Shown piece by piece: positions 1 to 8,836 of a stretch of DNA of 64,000 nt (positions are counted from its first letter, which is position 1; each line of letters begins with the position of its first letter). A program made the translations under genes and the position numbers. The stretch spans positions 5,895-69,894 of the forward strand of contig JANXWZ010000196.1 of assembly GCA_025350865.1 (NCBI GenBank). The letters are read 5' to 3'. The notes below the pieces were generated by a model. That model was not told the DNA's origin. It did not search any database and saw only the letters and a program-made list of their open reading frames with translations. The DNA comes from Rhodanobacteraceae bacterium. GTDB lineage: Bacteria > Acidobacteriota > Terriglobia > Terriglobales > Acidobacteriaceae.

Positions 1-312
1 CTTCAGCAGATAGTCGGATGCGTTCACCTCAAACGCCCGCACGGCGTACTGGTCGTAAGCCGTGGCGAAGATTACCTGCGGCAGCTGTGTCTTCTTTTCG
101 AGCAGTTTCTTGAGTACGCCGAAGCCGTCCAGACCGGGCATCTGCACATCGAGGAACACGGCATCCGGCTTGTGAGTCAGGATCAGTTCGACCGCTTCGA
201 TTCCGTTGCTGCCCACAGCGACCACCTCGACGTCGCCCACGGCACTCAGCAAATACTGCAGTTCCTGCCGGGCAAGGGGTTCATCGTCGACGATGACTAC
301 GCGTAAAGGCAT
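1..312 (-). CDS. LytTR/AlgR-type response regulator, N-terminal receiver domain (runs off the window start)
   Basis: Manual translation MPLRVVIVDDEPLARQEL...VFLDVQMPGLDG...FATAYDQYAVRAFEVNASDYLLK shows the receiver DD, phospho-Asp and T/K motifs. ATAYDQYAVRAFE is typical of the LytTR family. Confidence 0.85.
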   Translation of the reverse strand, partial: MPLRVVIVDDEPLARQELQYLLSAVGDVEVVAVGSNGIEAVELILTHKPDAVFLDVQMPGLDGFGVLKKLLEKKTQLPQVIFATAYDQYAVRAFEVNASDYLLK

Positions 313-362
313 CCGCTCCAGTTAATCACGGATCGGGATGGCGGCGTAGCTTCCTCTTCCGC

Positions 363-391
363 GTAGCACAGAATCGAACTGTTTGTGCTAC
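363..391. promoter_or_regulatory. Inverted repeat GTAGCACA-N13-TGTGCTAC, probable antitoxin autorepression operator
   Basis: Perfect 8-bp arms ending 10 bp upstream of the antitoxin start. The function is inferred from typical type II TA autoregulation. Confidence 0.55.
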
Positions 392-401
392 ATTCAACGG
401 T

Positions 402-719
402 GTGAAGACGACAGTTATGGCACGGGGCAAATCGAAGGGAACGACCAAGACGTCTTTGGCTGGCGTTCAGGCGACGAAAATACGGAGTGTTCTAACGATT
501 GCTCAGGAGCAGGGCCTTCTATCTGGTGCGCGAACCCGTCTGATTCGTGGCAGATTGCCGGCCGGACTGGTTGCTGAAGCGAAGCAGCGAACGGGAATTA
601 CCTCCGACACCAAATTGATCGAGGCAGCGCTGGCCAATATCGCGGTCGAAGACAATTACTGGGCATGGATGCGGCAGCATCACGGAACGGTCAGCAAGGA
701 CTTGGATCTTGAGTTCTGA
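402..719 (+). CDS. Putative type II antitoxin (VapB-like)
   Basis: 105-aa ORF overlapping the downstream PIN gene. It has a basic N-terminus, an RHH-like segment (LVAEAKQRTGITSDTKLIEAAL) and an acidic C-terminus. Confidence 0.7.
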   Translation: MKTTVMARGKSKGTTKTSLAGVQATKIRSVLTIAQEQGLLSGARTRLIRGRLPAGLVAEAKQRTGITSDTKLIEAALANIAVEDNYWAWMRQHHGTVSKDLDLEF

Positions 720-1275
720 CTCCGACATTCGTCGGTCCATACGACGGATGAGGTTGGAACGCTACTCAACTTCACTTCGGCGACGCGAACGTGTCTGCCT
801 GCCTTTCGTTCTCGAAATGGTTTCGTTGCCCAAAATGTTGTTGGATACCACAGTTTATGTTGATAAGCTCCAAGGTCGATTGTCGCCCGAGATCGACACA
901 ATCTTGGATACTGCCAACGTCTGGCATTCGACTGTCACGGAATGCGAGATGGGCGTGTTGGTGGGCCTACTGAATCCTGCTCATCCGGATTCGGCCCATG
1001 CAATTGCGGAGGTCATCGCGTCGATTGAGACGAGGCCGACCCATCGGATCGTCAACCCGGACCGTGAGACGTGGCGGGACGCGGGCATTCTGGCAGGTTT
1101 GATTGCTCGGCTCCAGCAATATGGCAAGGCGGATCAGCGACGCGTCATGAACGACGCGCTCATTTTTCTGTCGGCTGCCAAGGCTGGTCTGTGTGTTCTA
1201 ACCCGCAACACGGCGGACTACGATCTGCTGATGCAGTTGGCTCCGCAAGGACAGGCTGTCTTCTACGATTTGTGA
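709..1275 (+). CDS. vapC: PIN-domain (VapC-like) toxin with N-terminal extension
   Basis: PIN acidic motifs LLDTTVYVD, TECE, MNDALI and LTRN..DYD. Overlaps the upstream small gene. Confidence 0.8.
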   Translation: MSSDSDIRRSIRRMRLERYSTSLRRRERVCLPFVLEMVSLPKMLLDTTVYVDKLQGRLSPEIDTILDTANVWHSTVTECEMGVLVGLLNPAHPDSAHAIAEVIASIETRPTHRIVNPDRETWRDAGILAGLIARLQQYGKADQRRVMNDALIFLSAAKAGLCVLTRNTADYDLLMQLAPQGQAVFYDL

Positions 1276-1289
1276 TCGGCTTGCAAGCG

Positions 1290-1841
1290 CTAGTCGCGGA
1301 ACGCCTTGAGGCGCGCCGGCACTTGATCTTCCTGCAGGTCGTGGCCGCACTGCTTGCAGTAGACGTCGGTGATTTCGACGCCGCGGAAGCACTGACCGCA
1401 TACTGGAGCCATCTGGAACTGGCATTGCGGACAGAAGTTATAGCTGGAAGCAATCTCGGTCGAGCAGTGCGGGCAGCGCGAGAGGATCGGCTGGCGCAGC
1501 AGGAAGTAAACGATCGCGCCGATTCCGCCCGGCATCATGATCACGATCAACATCCACAAACCCGGCGACATGTTGCGGCGCTTTACGTCGCGGCTGACAT
1601 AGCCCACCAGCAGGACGTAGCTGGCGAAGAGCGTCCCCCACGAGTAGCCCATCAGCAGCCGCATGGGCAGCATGTCGGGCTTGTGGTGCGGCAACACGAA
1701 GTGAACCAGGTACTGCATGGAGGCGAAGGCGGCGATCGCCAATACCACGGACCATGCAGGGATCATGGAAAGATCGTCCGGCGGCTGCGACCTTTGGCCC
1801 GGCACATCAACGGAGTCGTTATGGCTACGGAAAAAGCTCAT
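1290..1841 (-). CDS. Membrane protein with PLDc_N-like hairpin and C-terminal double zinc ribbon
   Basis: Three to four hydrophobic segments (..RDVKRRNMSPGLWMLIVIMMPGGIGAIVYFLLR), then CPHC/CPQC/CGQC/CKQC. Confidence 0.75.
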   Translation of the reverse strand: MSFFRSHNDSVDVPGQRSQPPDDLSMIPAWSVVLAIAAFASMQYLVHFVLPHHKPDMLPMRLLMGYSWGTLFASYVLLVGYVSRDVKRRNMSPGLWMLIVIMMPGGIGAIVYFLLRQPILSRCPHCSTEIASSYNFCPQCQFQMAPVCGQCFRGVEITDVYCKQCGHDLQEDQVPARLKAFRD

Positions 1842-2230
1842 CGACGCCCTCCGGTATCGACTCTTGACCCGTTACGCCGAAATGCGACCACAGCTAAAGC
1901 GATGGCAGAAATCGGAAGGCACCACAACACCATGACGAAGATCTGGTTGCTGGAATCCGGTAACCCTACTGGAGTGACGTCGTATTCATCCAGCATGATC
2001 CATGCCGCGCAAACGACGGCCAGCAAAAGCGCAGCGCTAACCGTAAGGGGAATCAGCAGACTGCGTACTTTGGTCTTTTGGGCCTGGAGCGTGACTGCGC
2101 GCTCGCGCACGATGCGGTGGGTGCGATTCACCAGGGAAGCAGATGCACCCGTGCGCATGCGGACGGCGTCAGCGCCGCCCAGATCGTCCCAGATTTTCTC
2201 TTGCAAGCCCGTTTGCATATCCTGTTTCAT
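1838..2230 (-). CDS. Small two-TM protein, putative anti-sigma factor
   Basis: ATGA-overlap coupling to the ECF sigma gene. Soluble N-terminus followed by two TM helices. Confidence 0.6.
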   Translation of the reverse strand: MKQDMQTGLQEKIWDDLGGADAVRMRTGASASLVNRTHRIVRERAVTLQAQKTKVRSLLIPLTVSAALLLAVVCAAWIMLDEYDVTPVGLPDSSNQIFVMVLWCLPISAIALAVVAFRRNGSRVDTGGRR

Positions 2231-2868
2231 CGACCGCCGCTCCCGTTCACGTGGGTCTGGCGAAGCAACTCTACCTCAGGTTTGAGCGCCGCGAGTCCCC
2301 GATAGAGGCGAGACTTCACCGTGGAAAGCGGGGCACGGGTCACGCTGGCAATTTCTTCGAGCGACATCTCCTCATGGAAGCGCAGGGTGAGGACTTCACG
2401 ATAATTTGGCTCGAGCTTGAGAAGCACTTCGGCCACTTCGGCGCGGTCTTCGCGGGTGGCAAACTGCTCGAAGGGCGACGGTCCGTCAATGGCGACTTCA
2501 AAGGGCCGTTCGTCCTCACCGCCTTCGCTCATCTCGTCCAGGCTGGCCATCTGCCGCTTGCGGCTCAGGTCGATGACGAGGTTACGGGCGATGGTGAACA
2601 GCCAGGTGTCGAAGCGGGCCTTGCCGTTATATTGCGCGCCACGCAGTAGCACGCGCATCCAGGTCTCCTGGAAGAGGTCTTCTGCGACTTCGCGTTTGCC
2701 GGTGAGGAACAGCAGGTAGCGCAGCAGGCGATGCTGATAGGTTTCGATGAGCTGGTCGAGGAGTTCAGGGTCGTTGCGCTTCAGGCCCCGGGCAATAGCG
2801 AGGTTCTCGCGTTGGACCTCTTCGAGCCGTCCCGCCTCAGCTATTGCCGCTGTCATCGTCCGCGCCAT
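2227..2868 (-). CDS. ECF RNA polymerase sigma-70 factor
   Basis: Region 2 (AEDLFQETWMRV, FDTWLFTIARNLVID) and region 4 (SLEEIASVTRAPLSTVKSRLYRG). Start chosen at the ATG 7 nt after GGAGA. Confidence 0.92.
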   Translation of the reverse strand: MARTMTAAIAEAGRLEEVQRENLAIARGLKRNDPELLDQLIETYQHRLLRYLLFLTGKREVAEDLFQETWMRVLLRGAQYNGKARFDTWLFTIARNLVIDLSRKRQMASLDEMSEGGEDERPFEVAIDGPSPFEQFATREDRAEVAEVLLKLEPNYREVLTLRFHEEMSLEEIASVTRAPLSTVKSRLYRGLAALKPEVELLRQTHVNGSGGR

Positions 2869-2884
2869 ACCCATATCTCCTGAA

Positions 2885-2910
2885 GACGTTGGCCTTGGGG
2901 GAAAGTTGCA
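2885..2910 (-). promoter_or_regulatory. ECF-type promoter TGCAAC-N16-CGTC upstream of the sigma gene
   Basis: The minus strand reads TGCAAC tttcccccaaggccaa CGTC. This matches the AAC/CGT ECF architecture with a 16-bp spacer and lies just before the RBS. Confidence 0.65.
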
Positions 2911-2982
2911 GTTTTGCCGCAATTCCGCCTGTTTTCTTGATGTGGTGCTGTTGCTTAATTGTAAGCGGTAAACTTGCAATCT

Positions 2983-3768
2983 ATGGAAGTTCTTTACGGC
3001 CTGCATCCGGTGGAAGAGGCAATCCGCGCCGGCGGACGCCGCCTGGATTACGTGCTGGTCTCTCGCGAGCGGTCGCCGAGGCTGGATAAGTTGGTGGAAT
3101 TGTGCAAGATCGCCAACATTCGAGTCTCGTACGAGGGCAAAGACCAGCTAACGAGGATTGCTCGCACCGACGCGCATCAGGGAGCGGTTGCGGCGGTGCG
3201 CGAGCGCCAGTTCCTGTCGGTGGAAGACCTGCTCGCCAGCCGCGGGCGGTTTGAGCGGAAGTTTTTTCTCGCGCTAGACGGCGTCGAAGACCCTCACAAC
3301 CTCGGCGCGCTGCTGCGCTCGGCCGACGGCGCGGGCGTCGACGGCGTGCTGCTGCCGGAACGGCGGTCGGCGCCTATTTCGGGTGTCGTCGCTAAAACCA
3401 GCGCCGGAGCCAGCGAGCATGTCCCGATCGCACGGGTGACCAACATCACGCGCAGCCTGGAACAGCTGAAGAAGGCCAATGTCTGGATTGTCGGCCTGGA
3501 CGAACGCGGCACGCCGGACTATACGGACTTCGACTTCAACCTGGACTGCTGCCTGGTGCTGGGGGCGGAAGGCTCGGGGCTGCACGACCTCGTGAAGAAG
3601 ACCTGCGACCACTTGCTGCGCATCCCGATGGCGGGGAGCGTGTCGTCGCTGAATGTATCGGTGGCGGGGGCGGTTGTGATGTATGAGGCTTTGCGCCAAC
3701 GCAGCAAGCCGGTGGTAGCTGCTCCCGCGCCGAAACCGGCCAAGCCACGTAAGGGATTGGGCAGCTAA
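2983..3768 (+). CDS. rlmB: 23S rRNA (Gm2251) 2'-O-methyltransferase, SPOUT/TrmH family
   Basis: YGLHPVEEA, HQG, LDGVEDPHNLGALLRSA, LGAEGSGL and SLNVSVA motifs. Confidence 0.93.
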   Translation: MEVLYGLHPVEEAIRAGGRRLDYVLVSRERSPRLDKLVELCKIANIRVSYEGKDQLTRIARTDAHQGAVAAVRERQFLSVEDLLASRGRFERKFFLALDGVEDPHNLGALLRSADGAGVDGVLLPERRSAPISGVVAKTSAGASEHVPIARVTNITRSLEQLKKANVWIVGLDERGTPDYTDFDFNLDCCLVLGAEGSGLHDLVKKTCDHLLRIPMAGSVSSLNVSVAGAVVMYEALRQRSKPVVAAPAPKPAKPRKGLGS

Positions 3769-3811
3769 GAGGTTGTTTGCGGCCTATAATTCACGACAGC
3801 AGGAGGTTTCC

Positions 3812-4198
3812 ATGCCCAATTGTGCCTCTCTTCTTAGGCTCGTAATGATTGTGGGATCGTGTGTCGGCGCGGTCGCACAGTCTGGACCGTTGCTCGTTCC
3901 GCCGCCGCTTCCTGCGCCATACCAGCCCGCCCACGATTCACGCACGCAGCTTCCGCAGGTCGGACGAGGGAGTCAGCTTCTGGGGTCGATTCCCCGGCTT
4001 CAGAATCTCCGGTCGCCCATGGTCGCGAAGGTCGTTATTCCGACCGCGCCCTCGAGTCAGGTCTGCTACACGATGAGGAGCTACAACTTCGTCCAGGATG
4101 GTGAATCACCGGATGCGATCAGGCTTAGGGATTTCTCAACGTGCGAGCCGGCGGCGAAGATTCGACGCAAGTCCATCCAAGCCAGCAAGCCGAGATAG
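3812..4198 (+). CDS. Hypothetical secreted Pro-rich protein
   Basis: AGGAGG RBS and TATAAT upstream. Signal-peptide-like N-terminus and a C-terminal Cys pair. Confidence 0.6.
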   Translation: MPNCASLLRLVMIVGSCVGAVAQSGPLLVPPPLPAPYQPAHDSRTQLPQVGRGSQLLGSIPRLQNLRSPMVAKVVIPTAPSSQVCYTMRSYNFVQDGESPDAIRLRDFSTCEPAAKIRRKSIQASKPR

Positions 4199-4246
4199 TC
4201 GGCACCCGTCTCGCCACAACATGGATCGCAATTCGTCCAATACTGG

Positions 4247-6172
4247 ATGCCCTTGAATTCTCGACACACGGAACCGCCCACCGCGGCCAAATCACTGCTG
4301 TTCGGCTTCGTACTCTTCACATCGGGTGTCGCCGCCCAGACTCCAGTTCCGGCACCCGACGCTCCGCCTCCGGGTCAGGTGATCTCCTCCGCGCCGACGG
4401 AGTTGGCCGTTCCTGCCGATGTCCGTCCCGAGGTTCCGGTGACCGATGCGGAACGGTCGTCGATCGCCATCACGTCGCTGAACCTTGACCTGCACTTGAT
4501 TCCGGCCGAAGCTCGCGAAGAGGCTCATGCGACGCTTACGATCCGGAACACGAGCGCCGACCCACTGGCCAGGATTCCGTTGCAGCTTTCGAGCACGCTC
4601 CACTGGATCTCCGCTTCGGTCGCAACCGCCGAGGGCCTGAAGCCCATTCCGTTTACTGAATCGCCAATTGCCACCGATACTGACCACACCGGCTACGCGC
4701 AGGAGGCGGTGTTTACTCCTGGGCAGCCGTTGGCACCCGGCGCGACTCTGATTCTTTCGGTTGTTTATCGCGGCGAGGTGAAGCAGTCGTCGGATCGCCT
4801 GGAACTGATCGGTGCGCCGCATGACCGGGCGATTGCGACCGATTGGGACGCCATCGCGACGACGTCCGATGCCGGCTCAACCGCGCTGCGCGGATTCGGG
4901 AACGTGCTGTGGTATCCCGTTGCGGCTCCGACGGCGCAGCTTGGCAATGGCAACCAGTTTTTTGACCTGATCGCGCGGGAACGTCGCAAAAACTTCGACG
5001 CAACGATGCACCTGCGATTGACGGTGGAGTACATCGGCGATCCGCCGGACTCGGCAATCTTCAACGGGCAGCTAAGGCCGTTGGACCACGCGCCCGATGG
5101 CAATGACCAGCCCATCGACGAGACCCACGGCATCGCGACGGCTGACTTTCCGTCCAGTCCGATTGGCTTCCGAGCGCCCAGCCTCTTCCTGACCGCGCAG
5201 CACGCCATCCTGTCGCGCGACGCGCTGGTGTCGATCATCACTCCGCAGGAGGGCGCGTTTCCCCCCTATGCTGAGGCTGTCGCCGACCTGCAGCCTGTGC
5301 TCAGCGGGTTACTCGGCCCGACGCCGCGCGAGCCGATGTTGCTGCTGGATCACCGCGGCGAGCCGTATGAGGACGCGGGATTCGTGGTGGCGCAGTTGGC
5401 CTCCAACGCCGATCCAGAGCTTGCTGCTCCGGCGCTGGTTCGCGGCCTGACCCATGCGTGGTTCAGTCCGCAGGCTCGGCCGATCCCGGCTACAAGCCTG
5501 TGGCTGGACGAAGGCCTGGCCGAGTACATGAGTCTCGCGTGGACGCAGCGGACCGAGGGCAGGGAAGCAGCGATTGGAGAATTGCGCCACGCCGCGTTGT
5601 TGATCGCGCTGGCAGAGTCCTCGGAGACGCCGCAACCGCTGACCGAGGCTTACGCCGACGCCTTCCTGCGGTTGAAATCAGCGTTTGTTCTGTGGCAGTT
5701 GCGCGATATGCTCGGCGATGAGTTGTTCAGCATATCATTGGCCGCGTTTCGGCATTCGATCGCGCTCAATCCGGCGTTCGATCGCGATCCAGCCGCCTTT
5801 CAGCAGACTCTGGAGAAGACTTCAGGCCGCGATCTCGACTGGTTTTTCAAGGACTGGGTCTACGCGGACAAGGGCCTTCCTGACCTGACCATTGTGCAGG
5901 CGAATCCGCGCTCGCTGCCCGTGAAATCCGGCAAGAGCGGCGCGATTGTTGCGGTGGAGGTTCGCAATGACGGCGACGCAGTTGCCGAGGTGCCGGTGAC
6001 GGTGCGAGCCGGGACTCTGTTTGCTACGGAGCGCCTCAGAATTTTGGCGCATGCGTCGGCCTCGACGCGCATTGTCTTCGAGGGCATCCCCGAGTCGGTC
6101 GAGGTGAACGACGGCAGTGTGCCGGAGCTTCGCAGCACCACGCACACCCTGCAATTCCAGCCGCTACCGTGA
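4247..6172 (+). CDS. Exported M1/gluzincin-fold protein with degenerate zinc motif
   Basis: Signal peptide. RGLTHAWF-X-WLDEGLAEY in place of HEXXH-X18-E, followed by KSAFVLWQLRDMLGDELF and DLDWFFKDWV, typical of the M1 fold. Confidence 0.75.
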   Translation: MPLNSRHTEPPTAAKSLLFGFVLFTSGVAAQTPVPAPDAPPPGQVISSAPTELAVPADVRPEVPVTDAERSSIAITSLNLDLHLIPAEAREEAHATLTIRNTSADPLARIPLQLSSTLHWISASVATAEGLKPIPFTESPIATDTDHTGYAQEAVFTPGQPLAPGATLILSVVYRGEVKQSSDRLELIGAPHDRAIATDWDAIATTSDAGSTALRGFGNVLWYPVAAPTAQLGNGNQFFDLIARERRKNFDATMHLRLTVEYIGDPPDSAIFNGQLRPLDHAPDGNDQPIDETHGIATADFPSSPIGFRAPSLFLTAQHAILSRDALVSIITPQEGAFPPYAEAVADLQPVLSGLLGPTPREPMLLLDHRGEPYEDAGFVVAQLASNADPELAAPALVRGLTHAWFSPQARPIPATSLWLDEGLAEYMSLAWTQRTEGREAAIGELRHAALLIALAESSETPQPLTEAYADAFLRLKSAFVLWQLRDMLGDELFSISLAAFRHSIALNPAFDRDPAAFQQTLEKTSGRDLDWFFKDWVYADKGLPDLTIVQANPRSLPVKSGKSGAIVAVEVRNDGDAVAEVPVTVRAGTLFATERLRILAHASASTRIVFEGIPESVEVNDGSVPELRSTTHTLQFQPLP

Positions 6173-7942
6173 ACCCCGGCGTCGCTTGACCGGTTTGGCC
6201 TCCGTCGCCGCCCAGATCTGGCCGGTGGACCAGTTCCGCGTGGCGGTCAGGTCCAGCCGAATCGGCGTTTCGGGTGCCTCGGTATTCGCGGCTGGTGGAA
6301 GTACCGCATCCAGCCCGTCGCCGAACGGCGGTAGCGCGGTGGCAAGTTCGGACAGCAGCGTCCGCATGGCTGGGCCGGTGAGGTGAAGCGTAAAACCCAT
6401 GGTGTCGATATAGCCGTCCAGCATCGCAGGCTGCGGCGCACCGAGGTCCAAAGGAACCGAATGAACTGTCACCCGGCCACCGCCAACCTCACCCACTGCA
6501 TTGGTGATCCCGAACGGTTTTGGTTTACCGATCGCCAGCGTACCGGTGTCGATTTCCAACCGGCCCGTGACCGCGCTCCACAAATCGCTGTGCTGGTCTG
6601 ACTTGGCGCAGCAGAAGAGCCTACCGGAAAGAGTTCCCGCGGCGGTTACATCCGGCGAAATGCGGGGACTGGCCAGTCGCACCGCATCCAACAGCGTGCC
6701 TGCCGGAACGCCATTGATGGTTGCGTCTCCGGCGGCTGTCTGCCAGCGGGCCAAATCTGGGACTGCGCCGGTAGCCGTCACGCCTTTGACGGACGTATCG
6801 GTAAGCGCGCCCGATGGCCAACCGCAACGCAACTCGCCCAGCTGGTGGAACATCGCAGTCGCCTGCGCGGTGCACCGGATATTCGCATTCAGGGTATGCT
6901 GCGGCACAAAGCCGGACCGGCGGACATCGTTCAGGTCAAGTTGAGTGTCGACCTTGTTGTTCCCGATTGTGCCCTGGATCGTGGTGCGAATGGCCATCGT
7001 TCCGCGGAAGCCGGCATCCCGGGCGAGGAGCACCCAACTCAGGCCTCCGAGCGGCGCGGCGCGCCACTCCAGCGTTGTATCCACCTGGGCATCGGCCAGC
7101 GTGGAGGCTTTGCCGAGGGTCCCCTGCACCCGCAGCAGCCCGGTGTCGGTGGCGGCGGTGTTGGTGCGGGTTGGACGGCCTTCCAGCCGGAACTTCCATT
7201 GGTCGGGCTGGGTGAGCCATAGGGCCAGATCGGTCTCGGTCAGGGCGATCGGCATCTTTTCAAGCCCCATCTTCACGTTGACGCGGGCCCCGGTTGCCTC
7301 AACATAAGGGAAGCGCGGGGCGTCGCTGGCACCCTGCTGGGCCGTCGGTGCGGCCTCAATCTTTGAGGCCTGCAGCAGGAGGCTCTCGATGTTCCATCGC
7401 CCGTCGGCGCGGTGGACAAGGTTGACGCTGGGGTCGTCGAGCGAGATGCGCGAAAACTCCACGCGCCGTCGCCACAGCGACCATACTCGCAGGGTAGCGC
7501 GGACGGTCTGCGCGCGGATGACGGGTTCGGCGCTGAAGGCCGGATCATCGCCAACGCTGAAGTTTTCGAGCGTAAACCCGGGCATCGGCAGGACGTTTAA
7601 GGTGACGGAATCGATCCTTACCGGGCGACCCAGGCTCTCGCTCACGCTCTGGGTGATGCGGTGGCGGAACCGGTTTACGTTGATCAACGGTGGCAGCAGA
7701 ACAAGCAGGAGAAGAGCCAGCAGGATGCCGGCAACAGTCAGAACCCGACGCCGTCCCGGCAGCACCCACGGCTTCGGCTGCAGGTCTTCCGGGTCGATCT
7801 CGATCGCTGCAGCCGCCTCCAGTTCGGCGTCCAACTCGGCATCGCGGTCCGCGTTCCGATCCCGCTCGGCGGCCTCCGCAGCGGCGTCGCCGTCGTTCGG
7901 GTCGTGATTCTCCGATCTCGCGGGATGAGGTGAGGATGCCAT
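6164..7942 (-). CDS. AsmA family protein
   Basis: N-terminal TM anchor, then INVNRFRHRITQSVSESLGRPVRIDSVTLNVLP and beta-rich repeats. Confidence 0.8.
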   Translation of the reverse strand: MASSPHPARSENHDPNDGDAAAEAAERDRNADRDAELDAELEAAAAIEIDPEDLQPKPWVLPGRRRVLTVAGILLALLLLVLLPPLINVNRFRHRITQSVSESLGRPVRIDSVTLNVLPMPGFTLENFSVGDDPAFSAEPVIRAQTVRATLRVWSLWRRRVEFSRISLDDPSVNLVHRADGRWNIESLLLQASKIEAAPTAQQGASDAPRFPYVEATGARVNVKMGLEKMPIALTETDLALWLTQPDQWKFRLEGRPTRTNTAATDTGLLRVQGTLGKASTLADAQVDTTLEWRAAPLGGLSWVLLARDAGFRGTMAIRTTIQGTIGNNKVDTQLDLNDVRRSGFVPQHTLNANIRCTAQATAMFHQLGELRCGWPSGALTDTSVKGVTATGAVPDLARWQTAAGDATINGVPAGTLLDAVRLASPRISPDVTAAGTLSGRLFCCAKSDQHSDLWSAVTGRLEIDTGTLAIGKPKPFGITNAVGEVGGGRVTVHSVPLDLGAPQPAMLDGYIDTMGFTLHLTGPAMRTLLSELATALPPFGDGLDAVLPPAANTEAPETPIRLDLTATRNWSTGQIWAATEAKPVKRRRGSR

Positions 7943-7945
7943 GCG

Positions 7946-8779
7946 TTACTTGATCAGATGCAGCGTGCGCTTCCAGCGGGTCTTGTCGAAGAAGTGCAGC
8001 GCCGTGGTGAAGAATGATCCGACGCGCGTTCCGATGGTTGCATTTTCGGGGGCCATCTCGTCCGCCGTCGCTTCATAAGACCAGTAGTTGAACATGGGTC
8101 GGCCCATGATGTTTTCGCGCGGGACGAATCCCCAGAAGCGACCATCCAGCGAGTGCTGCCGATTGTCGCCCATGGCAAACACCTTGCCGGGAGGCACAAT
8201 CAGGTCGCCGCCGTCCAGGTGTGTCGGCTCGTCCTGCGCCCAGATCTCGGTCGAGCCGGGCGGCACGCCGTAACGCGGAAAATCGTCGCGCGTCTGCTGG
8301 TACATATCTTCGCCGTCGCCGTCGTTGCGGGGCAATTGCGCGTAAGGCTCGGTCTGGGGCTTGCCGTTCAGGTAAACGATGCCGCCTTCGAGATGGATGC
8401 GGTCGCCCGGAATGCCGATGCAGCGCTTGACCAGTACGAGGTCCGGAGTCTCCGGGTTGGGCTTCATAAACACAATGATGTCGCCGCGCTGTACGTCGCG
8501 ATAATGCACGAACGGTGCCCATTTCGTCTGCGGCGCAAGCGTAATGCGGTCGACGAAGACGTGATCGCCAACCAGCAGCGTCTTCTCCATCGAGCCCGAC
8601 GGAATGACGTAGTTCTGGAAGACGAACGTCATCAGGAATAGCCCGACCGCGAGGACGGTGCAGATGGATGCCAATGATTCGAGCGGCGTCTCAACCTCTT
8701 GCTGATTCAATGGCTCGCCGTTTAAGGGCTGCTCTGCTGCGGCGTTCTCCAACTGCTCGTCCATTAAGTAATTCTCCAT
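7946..8779 (-). CDS. lepB: Signal peptidase I (copy 1)
   Basis: IPSGSMEKTL (Ser), LVKRCIG (Lys) and MGDNRQHSLDGRFWG. Confidence 0.93.
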   Translation of the reverse strand: MENYLMDEQLENAAAEQPLNGEPLNQQEVETPLESLASICTVLAVGLFLMTFVFQNYVIPSGSMEKTLLVGDHVFVDRITLAPQTKWAPFVHYRDVQRGDIIVFMKPNPETPDLVLVKRCIGIPGDRIHLEGGIVYLNGKPQTEPYAQLPRNDGDGEDMYQQTRDDFPRYGVPPGSTEIWAQDEPTHLDGGDLIVPPGKVFAMGDNRQHSLDGRFWGFVPRENIMGRPMFNYWSYEATADEMAPENATIGTRVGSFFTTALHFFDKTRWKRTLHLIK

Positions 8780-8836
8780 CGCGCAAGTTCAGCCTGCGCT
8801 CGAATAGGTCAGTTCAATCAGTGTAAGCCAGAGTGG

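Noticed and set aside
1071-2285. Long plus-strand ORF (404 aa), and similar shadow ORFs at 10706-11929, 23769-24728, 43103-44095 and 51354-52499
   Set aside because: Antisense to well-supported genes in GC-rich DNA, with no recognisable motifs.
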